DNA from: Prorocentrum cordatum | Taxonomy: Eukaryota | Length of the DNA: 64,000 nucleotides | Direction: 5' to 3' | Assembly (NCBI GenBank): GCA_963575745.1 | Contig: CAUYUJ010000284.1 | Span: 1-64,000, forward strand | Part shown: positions 62,204-64,000 of the stretch, in pieces | Numbering within the stretch: the stretch's first letter is position 1 | Layout of the letters: the number at the start of each line of letters is the position of its first letter | Position numbers and translations under genes: made by a program | The notes under the pieces: model-generated | The model's input: only the letters and a program-made list of their open reading frames with translations | Told to the model about the DNA's origin: nothing | Database searches by the model: none

Positions 62204-62401
62204 TCGGCGGCGAGCGAGGGGGGGAAGTGAGAAGGAGAAGGCCTTCTGAGAAGGTTCGGAAGTCCTGCGGCCTTCTGAGAAGTTCTCTAAGCTCTTCCTG
62301 AAGACACAAAAACTTCTCAGAAGGCGCGAGGGCTTCTGAGAAGTCCTTCCGCCTTCTGAGAAGGCCGTCTCCTTCTCACTCCCCCCCTCGCCCGCCTCCG
62401 A
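62204..62401. mobile_element. MITE of the TCGGCGGCGAGCGA family
   Basis: Homolog of 43371-43560; flanks AAAAG / AAAAAG (imperfect). Confidence 0.7.
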
Positions 62402-62588
62402 AAAAAGGTACCGATACCGCTGCTCCATGGAGCTCTCCCAGGGTGCGTTCTGGCGAGAGCTTCGAAGGGAATCCAGGAGGTGGCGACAAAGGGCCTCCCA
62501 TGGGGCCCACAGATGCGACCACGGAGCAGGGGCAGCGGTATCGGTGTCCTTTCCCCCTCTGAACCATGGCTTCTCAGAAGGTCGCCCC

Positions 62589-62955
62589 TAGAGGCCTCCT
62601 AGACGGGTCGGAGTAGATGGGGTCGGAAGGTCGCGCCGCATCGCCGATACGTTCGCGATACATCGCCGATGCATCGGCGATGCATCGGCAACATCGGCGA
62701 TGCATCGGCGACGCCAGCGTGGAGAGCATCGAGCTCCACATCGAGCTCCACATCGAGCCGCATCGCCGATGCATCGGCGATATGGCGCAATCCCCCGACC
62801 CCCCTGGCGGCGCCTCGGGCGCCGCCCCTGGCGCGCTCCGCGCGCCAAGGAGGGAGGTCCAGCGCCGATCCGAGAAGTCCGCGCGGACCTCCGAGTTGTC
62901 GTGTTAATGTGATTGCTCGTTCCCCTGCACTCGGACCCCATCTAGGAAGCCTAGA
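62589..62955. mobile_element. 367-bp CATCGGCGATG-family TIR element, 5-bp TSD
   Basis: TAGAGGCCTCCTAGA / TCTAGGAAGCCTAGA ends; TSD GCCCC (62584-62588, 62956-62960); contains GCATCGGCGA units and half of the T-shaped palindrome. Confidence 0.7.
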
Positions 62956-64000
62956 GCCCCTCCTTCCCACCAGCCTGCCTCGTGCGAGCCACCCACGCGG
63001 CCTCAGACGTCGAGCGGGCCCGAGCTCGCGCGCCCAGCGGCCAGGTGCCGCCGCAGGTGGTCTGGCTCCGGGGCCCGGTCCTCGAAGATCTGGTCGAACT
63101 GAGTCGGCCGCGGCGGCGGCTGCCGGGAGGCCAGAGCAGCGCACGAGCACTGAGCTGCAGACGCTCGAGGACTTCGACGGAGAAAGAGCAGCTCGGGCGG
63201 GACCCCAAAGGGGCCCTTTAGGGCCCCTTCTGGGCCCCTGCTGGCTCCACCAAAAGAGCCCTAAAGGGCCCCTGTAGGGCCCTTTAGAGCCGTGCAGTGC
63301 TGGTATGCGTCGAGGCCCATTTTGGAGGGTGAGGGGGCCGTCCGACCCGCTGTTCGTATGATTACAACAAATGCATGCTTGAACGATTTCCGAGCGAATG
63401 GAACACTATGGATCATCAATTTACTCATCATGCATGATCGTCGTCTTCGTCCTTCTTCACCTTCCTGGTTTTTTCTTCAGAAGTCTTTTGTAACGCATTT
63501 ACAAAGGATTCCTTTTGTGGCGACCTTTCAAAAGGCCTTATGTTTGGAGGATCATCTGCACCTGCCTCCACAAGTGGAAACATGTTGTAGCAGCCTGTAT
63601 AAAGGAATTCCTTTGGTGGCGGCCTTGCAAGAGGATTTTGAATATGAAATATCAATAAAGTTCTCTACGGTTAAAGCAACATGAAAAGCCACACAATCAA
63701 GTCCATATTGCAAATCCGTACAATCGAAATCAATATTAAAACCCCTCAATAAAATTAAATTTGTACATCCCCACAAACGAATTCAATTTCTTCTCAATTT
63801 ACACATTGATTTTGATTGTAATGGATTTCCAGAGGCGGCGCCGTGGGGCCGCGGAAGATTAACCAGGAAAAAATGAAAAACTGGAAAAAACATGAAAAAA
63901 ACTGCATCTCCACAGGAATAAGAAAAAACTAAGGAAAAACTGTGCCTGTCAGCGCTTTTATAGCGCAACCCATAAAAATACTAACAATCACAGGCTTCCT

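Noticed and set aside
2111..63968. Hundreds of ORFs in the track with poly-E/P/R/S/H/T/V/M/I or CIALH/YIYI content
   Set aside because: They are translations of microsatellites and GC-rich repeats, open in several frames and on both strands, with no domain motifs.

Overview
GC-rich, repeat-saturated eukaryotic DNA with almost no host coding sequence. The non-canonical AG|GA splice donor, the repeat landscape and the retroelement architecture suggest a dinoflagellate such as a Prorocentrum-like genome (inference). Main contents: (1) one minus-strand exon of a divergent aldo-keto reductase at the window start, missed by the ORF track; (2) a ~11 kb decayed non-LTR retrotransposon (~29.9-41.1 kb, + strand) with the domain order coiled-coil ORF1 / RNase H / APE endonuclease / RT / C2H2 zinc fingers / a C-terminal region resembling a degenerate cytosine-methyltransferase-like domain, the last absent from the ORF track; (3) a dense, nested population of short inverted-repeat elements in at least three target-site classes: several unrelated families with 5-bp TSDs and T..A (mostly T[C/G]..GA) ends, an 8-bp-TSD hAT-like family, and TA-flanked CAGT..ACTG families; (4) candidate rolling-circle-type ends with small-loop hairpins, T-shaped palindromes, and a ~700-nt tract of long imperfect hairpins enriched in G-T wobble pairs; (5) 73-, ~150-, 190-, 90- and 113-bp tandem arrays plus many microsatellites. 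Nearly all other ORFs in the track are low-complexity artefacts. All alignments, counts and coordinates were made by eye; no searches were run.
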